A DNA stretch of 64,000 nt from the IMG/VR virus record IMGVR_UViG_3300028805_000061. One strand, 5' to 3'. This document shows, in pieces, positions 1 through 10,552 of the stretch. Both the position numbers and the translations under genes were made by a program. Source of the stretch: a virus (lineage: Duplodnaviria; Caudoviricetes). Each line of letters opens with the position of its first letter. Positions within the stretch are counted from its first letter, which is position 1. The notes beneath the pieces were generated by a model, which saw nothing but the letters and a program-made list of their open reading frames with translations, did not search any database and was not told the origin of the DNA.

Positions 1-218
1 ATTCAATATAGTAATTTAGACCATGACTTAGTATTAACTGCTTTAACAGAAGAAAGTATATCACAAGATACATTAGCTACTTCTAAAGCAATATGGGATG
101 CTATTACTAATGTTAGTATTCAATATAGTAATTTAGACCATGACTTAGTATTAACTGCTTTAACAGAAGAAAGTATATCACAAGATACATTAGCTACTTC
201 TAAAGCAATATGGGATGC
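1..218 (+). repeat. 117-bp (39-aa) in-frame tandem repeat
   Basis: Bases 1-101 recur identically at 118-218. Confidence 0.95.
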
Positions 219-1740
219 CATATATGCATTACCTACCGCTAATATGTCAACAGTTACTGATATAAGTACAATTAGTGATGTATCTGACTCATCCTTGCCT
301 ACTTCATTAGCTGTATATACGGCTATTCAAAAAGCTGCTAGTGGGGGGATGGATATTGTTAATGGAGAAGGGATTTCTATTGAAAATAATAAAACTACTC
401 AAATTTCTATTTCAACAAGTAGTGATATAGAAGTAGAGTCTTCTTATACTGGAACTCAACCAGATGTGGGAGTAATTACCTATGTATTTACTTATGTAGA
501 TGCTTATAATAGATTAGAAACTACAACTAGTACTTCAACGACTAATCCCGATTTAACAGTAAATTGTTATTATACTGGAACTCAGTCTGAAGTGGGAACT
601 ATTACACATACCTTTACTTATGTAGATAATGAATATGGTGTTTATTGGGAAGAGAATGGAGAAATAGCTGATTTAACTAATTATGATTTAGTTATTACAG
701 GTGAAGCTAAAGTTGGTGATATTGTAACTCTAATTTATACTACTAATTATGTCTCAGTCCCAGCACATTGGGTAGATTCAGATAATCAAGAAGTTAGTCT
801 AGCAGAATATGATTTAACTATTACCTCTGGTACTCCTGTAGGGGGTGACACTATTACTTTAACTTACGTTACTTCAAATCCAGTAATGGTTTCTATAGAT
901 GAAGATACTATTTCTAATTTAATAACTTATAAAGATACTAAGGGGGCTCCTAATTATGTGTTCCAAAATGGATTAGAAGAAATAGCTGGTTTAAAAACAG
1001 AAGTCAATGTAGCAATTTCAACAAGTAGTGATATAGAAGTAGAGTCTTCTTATACTGGAACTCAACCAGAAGTTGGAACCATTACTTATATATTTGTCTA
1101 TAGAAATGTAGATGAGCAATTAGTTTGGGTAAATAGAAATACAGGTGAAGAAATTAGTCTAGCAGAATATGATTTAACTATTACTTCTGGTACTCCTGTA
1201 GAGAGTGATAGAATTACTTTAACTTATAAAACTAGACTATCCACTACAGTAATAGCAAAAGATTTAGAAACTACTAACTTCAAATCAGAAGTAATTAGAA
1301 CTTCCATAAGAGATATTTCTACAGCTAGTGATACTACTTTAGCAACAGAAAAAGCTGTAAGACAAGCTATTAATGATGCTAGTGGAGGTGGAAGTGAAAC
1401 CCACAGTACAATACAAACTTATCAATCATGGAATGCTTTTAATAATGGTAGTATAATTTTACAAGATGATGTAAGTGTTTATTCAGCTTCAGCTGATATT
1501 ACAACTGCTACAACGTTTACATTTGATATTTCAAATTTAAGTTATCTTTCTAATTCAGTATTTTATACGTTTGAAGTAAAATTTACAATGTCAACTGTTT
1601 CTACTTTATCGTTCCCAGATAATGTAGTTTGGCAAGATGGTGAAACCCCTACATTTGATGAAGTTGGAACTTATCTTTTAGCATTTAGGACAATGGATGC
1701 TGGTTCAACATTTATTGGTAATGTACAAGGGAAATGGTAA
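1..1740 (+). CDS. Tail fibre/adhesin-like structural protein, 5'-truncated by the window edge
   Basis: Frame 1 is open from base 1 (IQYSNLDHDL...) and continuous with the 244..1740 ORF. Thr/Ser/acidic beta-rich repeats; C-terminal module (FPDNVVWQDG...AFRTMDAG...IGNVQGKW) is shared with 49743..51482. Confidence 0.65.
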   Translation: MQYSNLDHDLVLTALTEESISQDTLATSKAIWDAITNVSIQYSNLDHDLVLTALTEESISQDTLATSKAIWDAIYALPTANMSTVTDISTISDVSDSSLPTSLAVYTAIQKAASGGMDIVNGEGISIENNKTTQISISTSSDIEVESSYTGTQPDVGVITYVFTYVDAYNRLETTTSTSTTNPDLTVNCYYTGTQSEVGTITHTFTYVDNEYGVYWEENGEIADLTNYDLVITGEAKVGDIVTLIYTTNYVSVPAHWVDSDNQEVSLAEYDLTITSGTPVGGDTITLTYVTSNPVMVSIDEDTISNLITYKDTKGAPNYVFQNGLEEIAGLKTEVNVAISTSSDIEVESSYTGTQPEVGTITYIFVYRNVDEQLVWVNRNTGEEISLAEYDLTITSGTPVESDRITLTYKTRLSTTVIAKDLETTNFKSEVIRTSIRDISTASDTTLATEKAVRQAINDASGGGSETHSTIQTYQSWNAFNNGSIILQDDVSVYSASADITTATTFTFDISNLSYLSNSVFYTFEVKFTMSTVSTLSFPDNVVWQDGETPTFDEVGTYLLAFRTMDAGSTFIGNVQGKW

Positions 1741-1843
1741 AATAAAATTTCACCCTTTCTTTATTTATAAATTATAATTTAGGCTCTAGAAAAGATTTAA
1801 AAGCTAGTAAAATTCTGTTTAAATAGTTTTTATTATAGTTTAT

Positions 1844-2422
1844 TTATTTTAAGAAAGATATATTAGAAAAATCATATTCTTCATTTCTTAATATTCTTTT
1901 AATTATTTTTGTAACTCCATCAATATATTTTAATCCATTAAAATTAGGGAGGTCTATTTCTTTAAATTGTTCTAAATATTCATTAATTACTTCTGGATCA
2001 AAATACTCTTTAAAAGGTTTATTACTTCTCTCCCAATTATTCATATTTACAGCTAATGCCAAATTAGGTAATTCTGTTTTACCTCCTTTTGAATGAGGTA
2101 AAATGTGTTCAAGTGTAACATTATTCTTAGTAAGTTCCCCTCCATAAATTCCAAATTTTACAAAAGGCATGTTACCTTTTAACCATTCTGTTTTTAAAAT
2201 TGATTTATAACCAAAAGAAATATCATTCCCTTTTATGATATATGGGATTGATTGAATAGTTGAAACATTTTTTACTTTATCTGATTGTTTAATAAAGATA
2301 TCAAAAGATTTTTCAGGAAAATTTATTAGTCTATTTGCAGAATGAATAATAGTAGAAGGGTTAATGGGATTTATGGGAAAATTAGTAGATATTGCTCTTG
2401 TTGTTTGTATTTTCATTTTCAT
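1844..2422 (-). CDS. HNH endonuclease-domain protein, probably host-derived
   Basis: TLEHILPHSKGGKTELPNLALAVNMNNWERSNK HNH motif; low-complexity N-terminus ending in ISFG. Confidence 0.8.
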   Translation of the reverse strand: MKMKIQTTRAISTNFPINPINPSTIIHSANRLINFPEKSFDIFIKQSDKVKNVSTIQSIPYIIKGNDISFGYKSILKTEWLKGNMPFVKFGIYGGELTKNNVTLEHILPHSKGGKTELPNLALAVNMNNWERSNKPFKEYFDPEVINEYLEQFKEIDLPNFNGLKYIDGVTKIIKRILRNEEYDFSNISFLK

Positions 2423-2517
2423 TAAAATATAATAAAAATTAATCCTATACAGGACACTCGAAAAGTGTATAAATAGTCTATCTCATTTTATGGATATTTT
2501 ATTTAAAGGAGAAATTT

Positions 2518-3519
2518 ATGAAAATAGATGTTATTATACCTTGTTATAAAGCACATAAGACTTTACCTAGACTACTTGGAAGTGTTCTTTCACAAACAAT
2601 CATAGATGATTTAAAAGTAACATTAGTAAATGATGGAGATGAGAAAGACTATCAACAAATAGTAAAATCTTTTAAAAGTTTTATGGACATTCAAGAATTG
2701 AAATTAGAAAAAAATTCAGGGCCAGGTACAGCAAGAAGATTTGGGTATGAAAATACTTATAATCCACTAGTAATTTGGGCAGATGCAGATGATACATTTG
2801 CAATCTCTTTTGCAATGCAAAGATTAAGAGAAGGATTATTATTAGATGAATCAAATGCAATTTGTATAGGAGATTTTGTAGAAGAAGTAAAAACTGAAGA
2901 CAACTCTTTTAGAATAATGTTACACCAACAAGATACAATATGGATGTTTGGGAAATTATATAAAAGGGAATTTTTAGATAGATATGATTTAAAAATGAAT
3001 GATACAAAAGCTTGTGAAGATTGTGGTTTTAATACAGTTTGTAGAGTAATATTTGATAATCGTATTAAATGTATTAATGATTTAATTTACGTATGGCATT
3101 TAAACAAAAATAGTATTACACATAATTCTAATTATAATTATAATTATGACGTGGGTTTTAAAGGTTATGTAGACAATATGATTTGGGCATTTGAAGAAAT
3201 AGAAAGGATACAAGAATTTTATAACTCTGATCTATTAGAACAAAGAGTTATGTTTGAAAAAGTACAAATTCTAATAAATCTATATGGGAAATATGTTGAA
3301 ACTAAAGAATTATTCCCCGAATATGAAAAACAAAATTGGCAACATTGTAAAAGATATTATAATGAAGTTTATAAAAGTATAAAAGAGAAAGTACCTAGAG
3401 AAATGATTAGTAATATCTGGAGAGAACACATGATTTGGGCTTTATCAGAAAATAGATTTAGTGGATTTATTCCAGCAATATCTATATATCAATTTCTGGA
3501 TTTATTAAAAGAACAATAA
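2518..3519 (+). CDS. Family 2 glycosyltransferase
   Basis: IDVIIPCY, LVNDG, NSGPGTARRFG, DADD (DxD) and CED motifs. Confidence 0.9.
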   Translation: MKIDVIIPCYKAHKTLPRLLGSVLSQTIIDDLKVTLVNDGDEKDYQQIVKSFKSFMDIQELKLEKNSGPGTARRFGYENTYNPLVIWADADDTFAISFAMQRLREGLLLDESNAICIGDFVEEVKTEDNSFRIMLHQQDTIWMFGKLYKREFLDRYDLKMNDTKACEDCGFNTVCRVIFDNRIKCINDLIYVWHLNKNSITHNSNYNYNYDVGFKGYVDNMIWAFEEIERIQEFYNSDLLEQRVMFEKVQILINLYGKYVETKELFPEYEKQNWQHCKRYYNEVYKSIKEKVPREMISNIWREHMIWALSENRFSGFIPAISIYQFLDLLKEQ

Positions 3520-3522
3520 AAG

Positions 3523-3554
3523 TAATCCCAAGCTATATAATTAGCTTGGGATTA
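3523..3554. terminator. Hairpin between convergent genes, probable bidirectional terminator
   Basis: Perfect inverted repeat taatcccaagcta-tataat-tagcttgggatta. Confidence 0.75.
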
Positions 3555-3588
3555 AAGAGTTTGATATAGTATAAATATTTTAACCTTC

Positions 3589-4773
3589 TTAGCCAGTGAT
3601 TGCATTATGAAGTATTACATTATTACCTATAAAAGTATGAGTTTTATCAATAGTAAAATCATATACTTCAATTAAATCTGAGTCTAATATTTCTATAGAA
3701 TCTATTTCTAAATATTCATTATTTATTGATAAGCATTTATCTTTAGGTTTTAATTGATATAGAGTAGAATTATTATATAAATTTTCTTTTCTAGTCTTGG
3801 AATTATCATAAGAAGCCCAACCTTTTTCAGTTAAAACAGGATGGCCAGAAGTTAATTCAATAAATTGTTTATTAGTAAAATTAATTCTAATAATATCATT
3901 TTTCAAGTTTTTCATTATTGAAACTACTCTATTATTTTCAAATTCTTTTGTATCTTCATTATAAGTAAATAATAAATCACCTTCAATAACATTTTTAGCC
4001 GATTTGATAGTACCATCACCTAATAAAATCTGAGTATCTCCTGTTATACAACCATAAGCTGCTAAATTAACAGTAATAGTAACATTTGATTTAGCTGCTG
4101 GTATAGTAAATGATTGTGAATAAGTACCTGTAAGAGAGACATTTTGTGAATATTCATTACAACTAATATTGATAGAAGTAATAGCTGTAGCTATTGTATC
4201 AACATTTACAGTTACTGTGGCATTATAGGTAGTACCAGATTTTATAGTATAACTATTAGTAGTATTAGTGTTTATAGTAGTCTGATCACCCTCTAAAGTA
4301 AAGTATATTTGATTTACTGTAGAGTTATTTTTAACATTTAAAACTAGATTCTGTTTCTCCTGTTTATATCCTCCCATAGGATTAAACTTAGTTCTTATCC
4401 CTCCACTACTTTTACTCTTATTTAAACCATAGGCTTCATTCATGGCTTCATAGAATGCATCTGTAGCAGTATATTTTCTATAAGAAGATGCATTAGTAGT
4501 TCCTAATTTACTACTAACACTCATACCCTCAAAACCACTTTTGTAAGGATATACAGTATAGTATACTGTGTTATTAGGACCATAAAAATCTATGGTCTCA
4601 TCCCAAGCCATGCCTGATGTATAATTATAATAGAGTGTATCATTACTTATCATAAATTGACTCTTAGTTAAAGTATATTGATAACCATATTTTGTATCTA
4701 TAAACACCTTTTCAAATAGAATATCTTTAGGTGTAATTTGTATTTGTCTTGTTGTAGGTGTTGATCCTGCCAT
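3589..4773 (-). CDS. Beta-rich protein with C-terminal Hint (intein-like) domain
   Basis: G|CITGDTQILL (block A), ELTSGHPVLT (TxxH), VYDFTI...VILHN followed by AITG-stop; Hint spans 4050..3604. Confidence 0.85.
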   Translation of the reverse strand: MAGSTPTTRQIQITPKDILFEKVFIDTKYGYQYTLTKSQFMISNDTLYYNYTSGMAWDETIDFYGPNNTVYYTVYPYKSGFEGMSVSSKLGTTNASSYRKYTATDAFYEAMNEAYGLNKSKSSGGIRTKFNPMGGYKQEKQNLVLNVKNNSTVNQIYFTLEGDQTTINTNTTNSYTIKSGTTYNATVTVNVDTIATAITSINISCNEYSQNVSLTGTYSQSFTIPAAKSNVTITVNLAAYGCITGDTQILLGDGTIKSAKNVIEGDLLFTYNEDTKEFENNRVVSIMKNLKNDIIRINFTNKQFIELTSGHPVLTEKGWASYDNSKTRKENLYNNSTLYQLKPKDKCLSINNEYLEIDSIEILDSDLIEVYDFTIDKTHTFIGNNVILHNAITG

Positions 4774-4889
4774 TTTAATCTTACTCCTTTCAATTAATAA
4801 TCTCCTTTTTCAAAAATACCTACTAAAAAAAAAAATCCTTTAAAATCTACTCGAATAGACAACAGCCTTTTTAGGCTTATAATAATTAT

Positions 4890-6965
4890 ATGCTTACTAG
4901 AGACTCCAAAATATCAATAATGACTTCTATTTATCAATTAGTCAATCCAAATACAAATAGAATGGTTTTTGATAAACATCAAGCTAAAAGAGCAATTGAA
5001 CTAGATGAACCTCTAATAGTAAATGATAAACCCTACTATTTATCAGACAATGTAAAACAATGGATAGGAACAACTTGTTTTTATAATGATCCAACCACAA
5101 CTAAAATACTAGAACAAAAATATTGGGAGCTTAATAGTCATCACTATAAGGAAAAACCTCTAACTTTACAAGAATTTATAATGCATCCTGATTATTTAGG
5201 GGGAATTTATGGGGAAAAAATGAATAAATGGTGGTTAGGTTGTTTTAATGTTATCTACCCTACATTATGGCATAAACGATATTGTGAAGTAGTTGCCTCT
5301 TTAGCAATTGGGACAGGTAAAACTACAGGAGCTGCTATATCTTTATCCTATGAAATATATAAATTGATGTGTCTTAAAAATCCAGTAGAATTCTTCCCTA
5401 ATTTAGTTAAAGGTACAAAGATAGTATTTAGTTGTTTTAATGTTTCAAGAGACTTAGCTTATTCAGTAACATTTTCACCTTTTCAAACTATTTTCTCAGA
5501 AAGCCCTTTCTTTAAAGATAGAGTTACTATTCCTGGTAAATCTTCATTAACAGAATATGGTATTTATATTACAGATGATATTAGAATGGATTTAGGTTCT
5601 TTAGATAGAAATGCTTTAGGAAAAGCGATTTTTGGAGCAGTATTAGATGAAGGAAATTTTAATAGGGTAGAAGATCAAACTTTAAAAACTTATTCAACAC
5701 TAAGAACAAGAATTGCTTCTAGGTTTGGTACTACTTATGGGTTTCCTGGTATTCTTTGGTGTGTATCTTCCCCAATGACAGATGCTGATTCTATTAATAC
5801 ATTAATTAGTGGAGCTGATCCCAGTATTACTTATGTATTAGATAATGTTGCACAATGGGAAGTTTGGCCAGATCCTAATAGATATACATTACACAAAAGA
5901 TTCCCAGTATTTATTGGAGATGCAAATAATGATCCAAAAATTTTATATAATGGTAAAAAGAGTATAAATAAATATGATTCAAATAAAATATTATATGTTC
6001 CCCAGAATCTATTTCCTCTATTTAAACATGATTTGTATAAAAACCTTAGAGATTTAGGAGGGGTTAGAGTTGCTGGAGCTTCTAACTTGTTTAGATCAAT
6101 AGAATTACTAAGATCTACCTTTACAGCTCCTATACATTTAAAAACAGAAGTACCTATTACTCTAGACTTCTACAATGCTAAAGATATTTTAAGAAATTAT
6201 GTAAATGAAGACTACTTTAGACATCCTCTCTATCCAGACTGTCCCAGATTTATACATTTAGATCAAGCCGAAGCCGATGGAGGAGACAGGTTTGGTATTG
6301 CAGCTACTTATTGTAAATATGTTGAAAAAGTTTTAGAGAGAGAACACAAAGGTATAGATATATTTGAAGAAGATACACCAGCAATTGAAGCTTATGATAG
6401 ATTTTATTATACTGATTTCTGTTTTGCTATTGAAGCTAAGCCTGGTCAAAAAATACCATTAAGAAAAGTTAGAGATTTTCTTATTTGGCTTAGAGAAATA
6501 GGTTATCCTATAGAATTAATTACTGGAGACCAAGTAAGCCAATCAACTAGAAATGATTTAGAATTAGATGGTTTCAAATGTGAATATCTTTCAGTTGATA
6601 AAAAAGAAATGGGCAGAGTTCCTTGGATTAGTTTTAGAAGTGAAGTAGAAAATTCAAATATAATTTTACCAAAATATCAATTAGCAATAAAAGAAGCTCA
6701 ACATCTTATAGATAATGGAGAAAAGATTGACCACCCAGAACGCTTTGCTAGTACAGGTGAAAAAGGTTCAAAAGATGTGATGGATGGTATAGTTGGTTCT
6801 TATTGGGCTTGTAAAACATCTAAAAAATCAGGGGGAATTATTACTATTGATAAAACTGCTGAAGATCTAAAATTCCAGAGAAGAATAAAACAAATAAGAG
6901 ATAAAATTGCTCCTTCAGCTAAACAATTAGATCCACAAGTACTAATTAATTTTATTAAAAGTTAA
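4890..6965 (+). CDS. terL: Terminase large subunit
   Basis: Walker A AIGTGKTT, Walker B AVLDEG, coupling motif CVSSP, nuclease FIHLD and KIDHP...GSKDVMDG. Confidence 0.85.
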   Translation: MLTRDSKISIMTSIYQLVNPNTNRMVFDKHQAKRAIELDEPLIVNDKPYYLSDNVKQWIGTTCFYNDPTTTKILEQKYWELNSHHYKEKPLTLQEFIMHPDYLGGIYGEKMNKWWLGCFNVIYPTLWHKRYCEVVASLAIGTGKTTGAAISLSYEIYKLMCLKNPVEFFPNLVKGTKIVFSCFNVSRDLAYSVTFSPFQTIFSESPFFKDRVTIPGKSSLTEYGIYITDDIRMDLGSLDRNALGKAIFGAVLDEGNFNRVEDQTLKTYSTLRTRIASRFGTTYGFPGILWCVSSPMTDADSINTLISGADPSITYVLDNVAQWEVWPDPNRYTLHKRFPVFIGDANNDPKILYNGKKSINKYDSNKILYVPQNLFPLFKHDLYKNLRDLGGVRVAGASNLFRSIELLRSTFTAPIHLKTEVPITLDFYNAKDILRNYVNEDYFRHPLYPDCPRFIHLDQAEADGGDRFGIAATYCKYVEKVLEREHKGIDIFEEDTPAIEAYDRFYYTDFCFAIEAKPGQKIPLRKVRDFLIWLREIGYPIELITGDQVSQSTRNDLELDGFKCEYLSVDKKEMGRVPWISFRSEVENSNIILPKYQLAIKEAQHLIDNGEKIDHPERFASTGEKGSKDVMDGIVGSYWACKTSKKSGGIITIDKTAEDLKFQRRIKQIRDKIAPSAKQLDPQVLINFIKS

Positions 6966-7311
6966 TTTATCAGAATAAATCAGTTTTGGCCAATAGATCT
7001 GAATAAAACTAATTGTTTTGACAGGTGTAACGGGTGGCACATATTTTAATAAAAAATAAATTAACTATCGATATATAAAATATATCGGTATAATTTTAAA
7101 ATCTTATTATATATCAAGGGTTTATAAAATTTTTTATATATTTTTTATATATTTTAAAATAAATTGCACCGTTTTAAAAATTTTATTTTAATATAATAAT
7201 ATAAAAATTAAATATTATTATTTTAATATATTATTATTTTAATATATTATTAAATAATAAATAATTAAAATAATAAATAATTAAATATCGCACATTGACA
7301 ACTTAATAACC
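6966..7311. promoter_or_regulatory. Extremely AT-rich intergenic region between terL and the early genes
   Basis: No credible ORF; 16-bp tandem unit atattattattttaat at about 7212-7250; TTTAATATAATA at 7187. Confidence 0.5.
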
Positions 7312-7312
7312 T

Positions 7313-7743
7313 ATTATAATCTCTAGATAGCTGGGCTAGTCGTAATAGTAGTACATTATTATAATATAAGGAGACACCATTATGACAAAAGCAGAAAACA
7401 CAGTAGCAACAAAAGTTAATAGCATTGATATTAGAGACTATATGCCTCAAATTCTTGCAATTAAAAAGAATACACTGAAGTTTAGTATAAGCAATCAGGA
7501 AGAGTTATCTGACTTATTAGATATAATGTTTGGACAACGTTTAACTAATACCAATGATAATATTTCACTAGGATTCTGTGACAATAAAAATTATAGCTCA
7601 CGCATCCAATTAAGACACAATGGTAAGTTCTATACCATTTATAGCAACGTATCTGATAACAAATTAAGACAAAACTTGAAAGCTTAGATAGAAGCTTAAT
7701 CTATCACAATCATTGACTAGCTCAGCTATCTGGGGATTATAAT
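7313..7743 (+). repeat. 29-bp long-range inverted repeat flanking ORF 7382..7687
   Basis: 7313-7341 pairs with 7715-7743; the three non-Watson-Crick positions are all G-U on the + strand. Confidence 0.85.
7382..7687 (+). CDS. Hypothetical protein, first gene of the early block
   Basis: Strong RBS taaggag; 101 aa. Confidence 0.75.
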   Translation: MTKAENTVATKVNSIDIRDYMPQILAIKKNTLKFSISNQEELSDLLDIMFGQRLTNTNDNISLGFCDNKNYSSRIQLRHNGKFYTIYSNVSDNKLRQNLKA

Positions 7744-9199
7744 AAATCCTCAAAGTAATATATGTTATAGAAGGAGAAGTATATGCTAGAACAAAAACTA
7801 CATAGGATTTATACTGATTTAAAAAGAGGTGCACGAGTTGATATAACCCCTTTTGCAAAAGAAGAGTATAAAGAGTATGTTGATACTCCAACAGGAGAAA
7901 AATTGATAACAAAAATGACTTTAGAGTTAAAAGGTAGAGAACAGCCAGTAATCATTGCTTCTTGGTATAAAGGTGACGAACTTGAAGAAAGCCACTTTTA
8001 TTATCTTGATCAAAAAGAGCAATTGAAAACCCTAATGAGTACTTGGTTGAATAAACTATAGAAAGGAAAAATATGTTTACATGTCCACATTGTAATAAAA
8101 AATTGGAATCTGTCCAAACTACCTATGAAATAGCAGATGAAGATGGATATATGTTAAAAGATAATATTGAGGATAATATCAATTCCATATTAGAAGGAAA
8201 AGATATTATAGAGACTTACGATACAATCACATGCCCACATTGTGATTCTTGTTTAGAAATCAAGACTAGAATGAAGGTGGAAAAAGTTGAAGTAGATATT
8301 ATTAAATAGAAAGGTAAATAATGTTAAGCACTCAAGAAGCTGAGAAGATATTAGAAGATTCAGGTATAGAAGTAATAAAGAAACCTGACCCAGACAATAT
8401 GTTCTTGAATAGAGTATATATTGGCAATGAGATAGTTTGGGATAAACTGATTCAAGCAATGAGATCTATAGATGTTATAAAAGAAAAGATGGATTCTATT
8501 CCTCATCTAAAATTCCTTCAAGCTATACTAAATAAATACAATCCTAAGCTTGAAATTATAACAATAGAAGATGATAGAGGTGATCCTGTAAAGGCTTATG
8601 GGATAGCTTTTAAAGAAATAGTAGATAAAGAAGGTAGAGTCCCTAAGTTAGATAAATGTTTCCATTATTTATTTTATATAATTCAGTGGTATATAACACC
8701 CTTATTTGAACCATTTGAGAAAATAGATCAAGAATTAAGAAAAAATAGTAGTAATTAAAGGAGGTACTATGAGTACAATAACTAGAGAAAAAGTAGAAGA
8801 ACTTGCTAAAATTGGTTTTGAACAAGTTTGTATATGGCCAGGATGTTTAGTAGTTAATGACACCCCACATAAGGTAACACCAGAATCATTAGTTAATATG
8901 ACTCCAGAAGAGAGAATAAATGAATTTAAAGAGTACATGAAAGTAGAATTTGGTGTTAGAGTAGAATATTTAGAAGAGGTTAAAACTTTTCCTGATAAAG
9001 ATGACTATGGTAATATTGTACCTGAAACAGGTAATAGAAATGATTTATTCTTTGTAGTTCACAAAGATGATATAGAAAAATTTGCTATTCCTAGATTACA
9101 AGTTGGTATTAGATGGTATGAAGATGTAGTAAGTTATAATGGTCATGACAATATATACTCTAAAGAGATATTAGAAAAATATCCGGTGAGGTGGTAATA

Positions 9200-9337
9200 A
9201 TGGGTGATTCAACAAAAATAACTATAGCAACAATAATTGCTTTTACTATAATAATTGTAGCTTTAATATTTTCAGGTCAAGCTAATAACCCTATTAATAT
9301 GAATGAACAGACAAAACCTATTTTGGAGATGAAATGA
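9200..9337 (+). CDS. 45-aa single-pass membrane protein (not in ORF track)
   Basis: MGDSTKITIATIIAFTIIIVALIFSGQ...; gaggtg RBS; fills the gap between neighbouring genes. Confidence 0.7.
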   Translation: MGDSTKITIATIIAFTIIIVALIFSGQANNPINMNEQTKPILEMK

Positions 9338-10173
9338 TGACTACAGATTGGATTGCTTTAGGTTATGCACCACAGGGAGAAGTAACTCTTTTTAATAATA
9401 AAGAATGGGTTGAAAAATATCAAGATAAAGTATTACTAGCTTGGTTTAATCAATTAAAAAGAACTTTTATAGGTTTCTCAGACAGGATTTATATTAAACA
9501 AGATTTTCCAAAAAATGATTATTTTATAGTAGTAACATTTGATAATGAGGTACAGTTTGAACAAGCTAAAGAAATAGCTGACAATATTCCTTATTGTTGG
9601 GATGATCAAGCTAAAGAAGAATTAGGAAAAGTTTATTTTAAAGAAACAAGAGAAATATATTGTAGAAATACAAAGTCCAATAATTAAAGAAAGGTGAAGA
9701 TATTGTGAAAATGAAAGCTATAGAAGATAAAGACACTGAATGTTCTTTATTAATAAAAAGAATGATTGATAAAAATGAGAAATGTTATTTTAAAATAAAA
9801 ACAAAAGAATATGACTATTTTGATCAGGGTTGGTGGAGAGTTATTTTAACTCCTCTTATAGAATTACCTCATACTAGAGAAGTAAAGTTTCAAATATATG
9901 CTACTAAACATTGTCCATCTGGTTTATGGGATAATGGTATAGAAAAATCAGAACATTATACATATTATCCTAAAGCTTTTAATGATTTTGATAGATTTCT
10001 TTTTGAAGTAACAAGAGATTTAATGAGTTCTATGAATTATAAAGTAGAGAATTGGCAGATAAAATAAAAAATTTACAAAAATTAATAAACTCATTTTTTA
10101 TTATATTTTAATATTATAATATTATTATATAATAATAAAATTTTTAGTACACATAGAAAGAAAGGAGGCACTT

Positions 10174-10506
10174 ATGCCTACAACAAAAACAAAGCAGTCC
10201 GCTTCAACTGTAAAAGAAGTAAAAGATATTCAAGTAATTGAATTAGTTCGTAGACAAGGTATTTATACTGGTACACTTCAAATTGACAATGTAAAAGAAG
10301 TAGAAAAAATTCTAAGTAATTTTGAAAGAAATGATGGAATTAGAGCTACAGTAAAATCAGTTACACAAATTGAATTTAATGCTAAAGGAGGTAGATCTGG
10401 TAGTAGAGATTATTGTTTAAGATTACCCAATATAGCAATTGAAGATCTCGAAAAAATTGGTTTTACTAAAGATACTAATATGAATAATTTTTATACTTCC
10501 AAATAA
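10174..10506 (+). CDS. Hypothetical protein, paralogue of 13159..13650
   Basis: aaaggagg RBS; by-eye alignment over about 90 aa. Confidence 0.7.
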   Translation: MPTTKTKQSASTVKEVKDIQVIELVRRQGIYTGTLQIDNVKEVEKILSNFERNDGIRATVKSVTQIEFNAKGGRSGSRDYCLRLPNIAIEDLEKIGFTKDTNMNNFYTSK

Positions 10507-10552
10507 AATCATAATGGTAAGATAAACTTCCCCAGAAGTTATATCAACTCCC

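Noticed and set aside
2468-2475. T4-type late promoter TATAAATA
   Set aside because: Expected often by chance at this AT content and not consistently placed before structural genes.
3589-4050. Canonical mobile intein
   Set aside because: The +1 residue is Ala, the C-extein is 4 aa and there is no homing endonuclease domain.
7295-7320. Sigma-70 promoter TTGACA...TATAAT
   Set aside because: Spacer is only 14 bp; the similar pair at 7713-7743 has 19 bp and overlaps the inverted-repeat arm.
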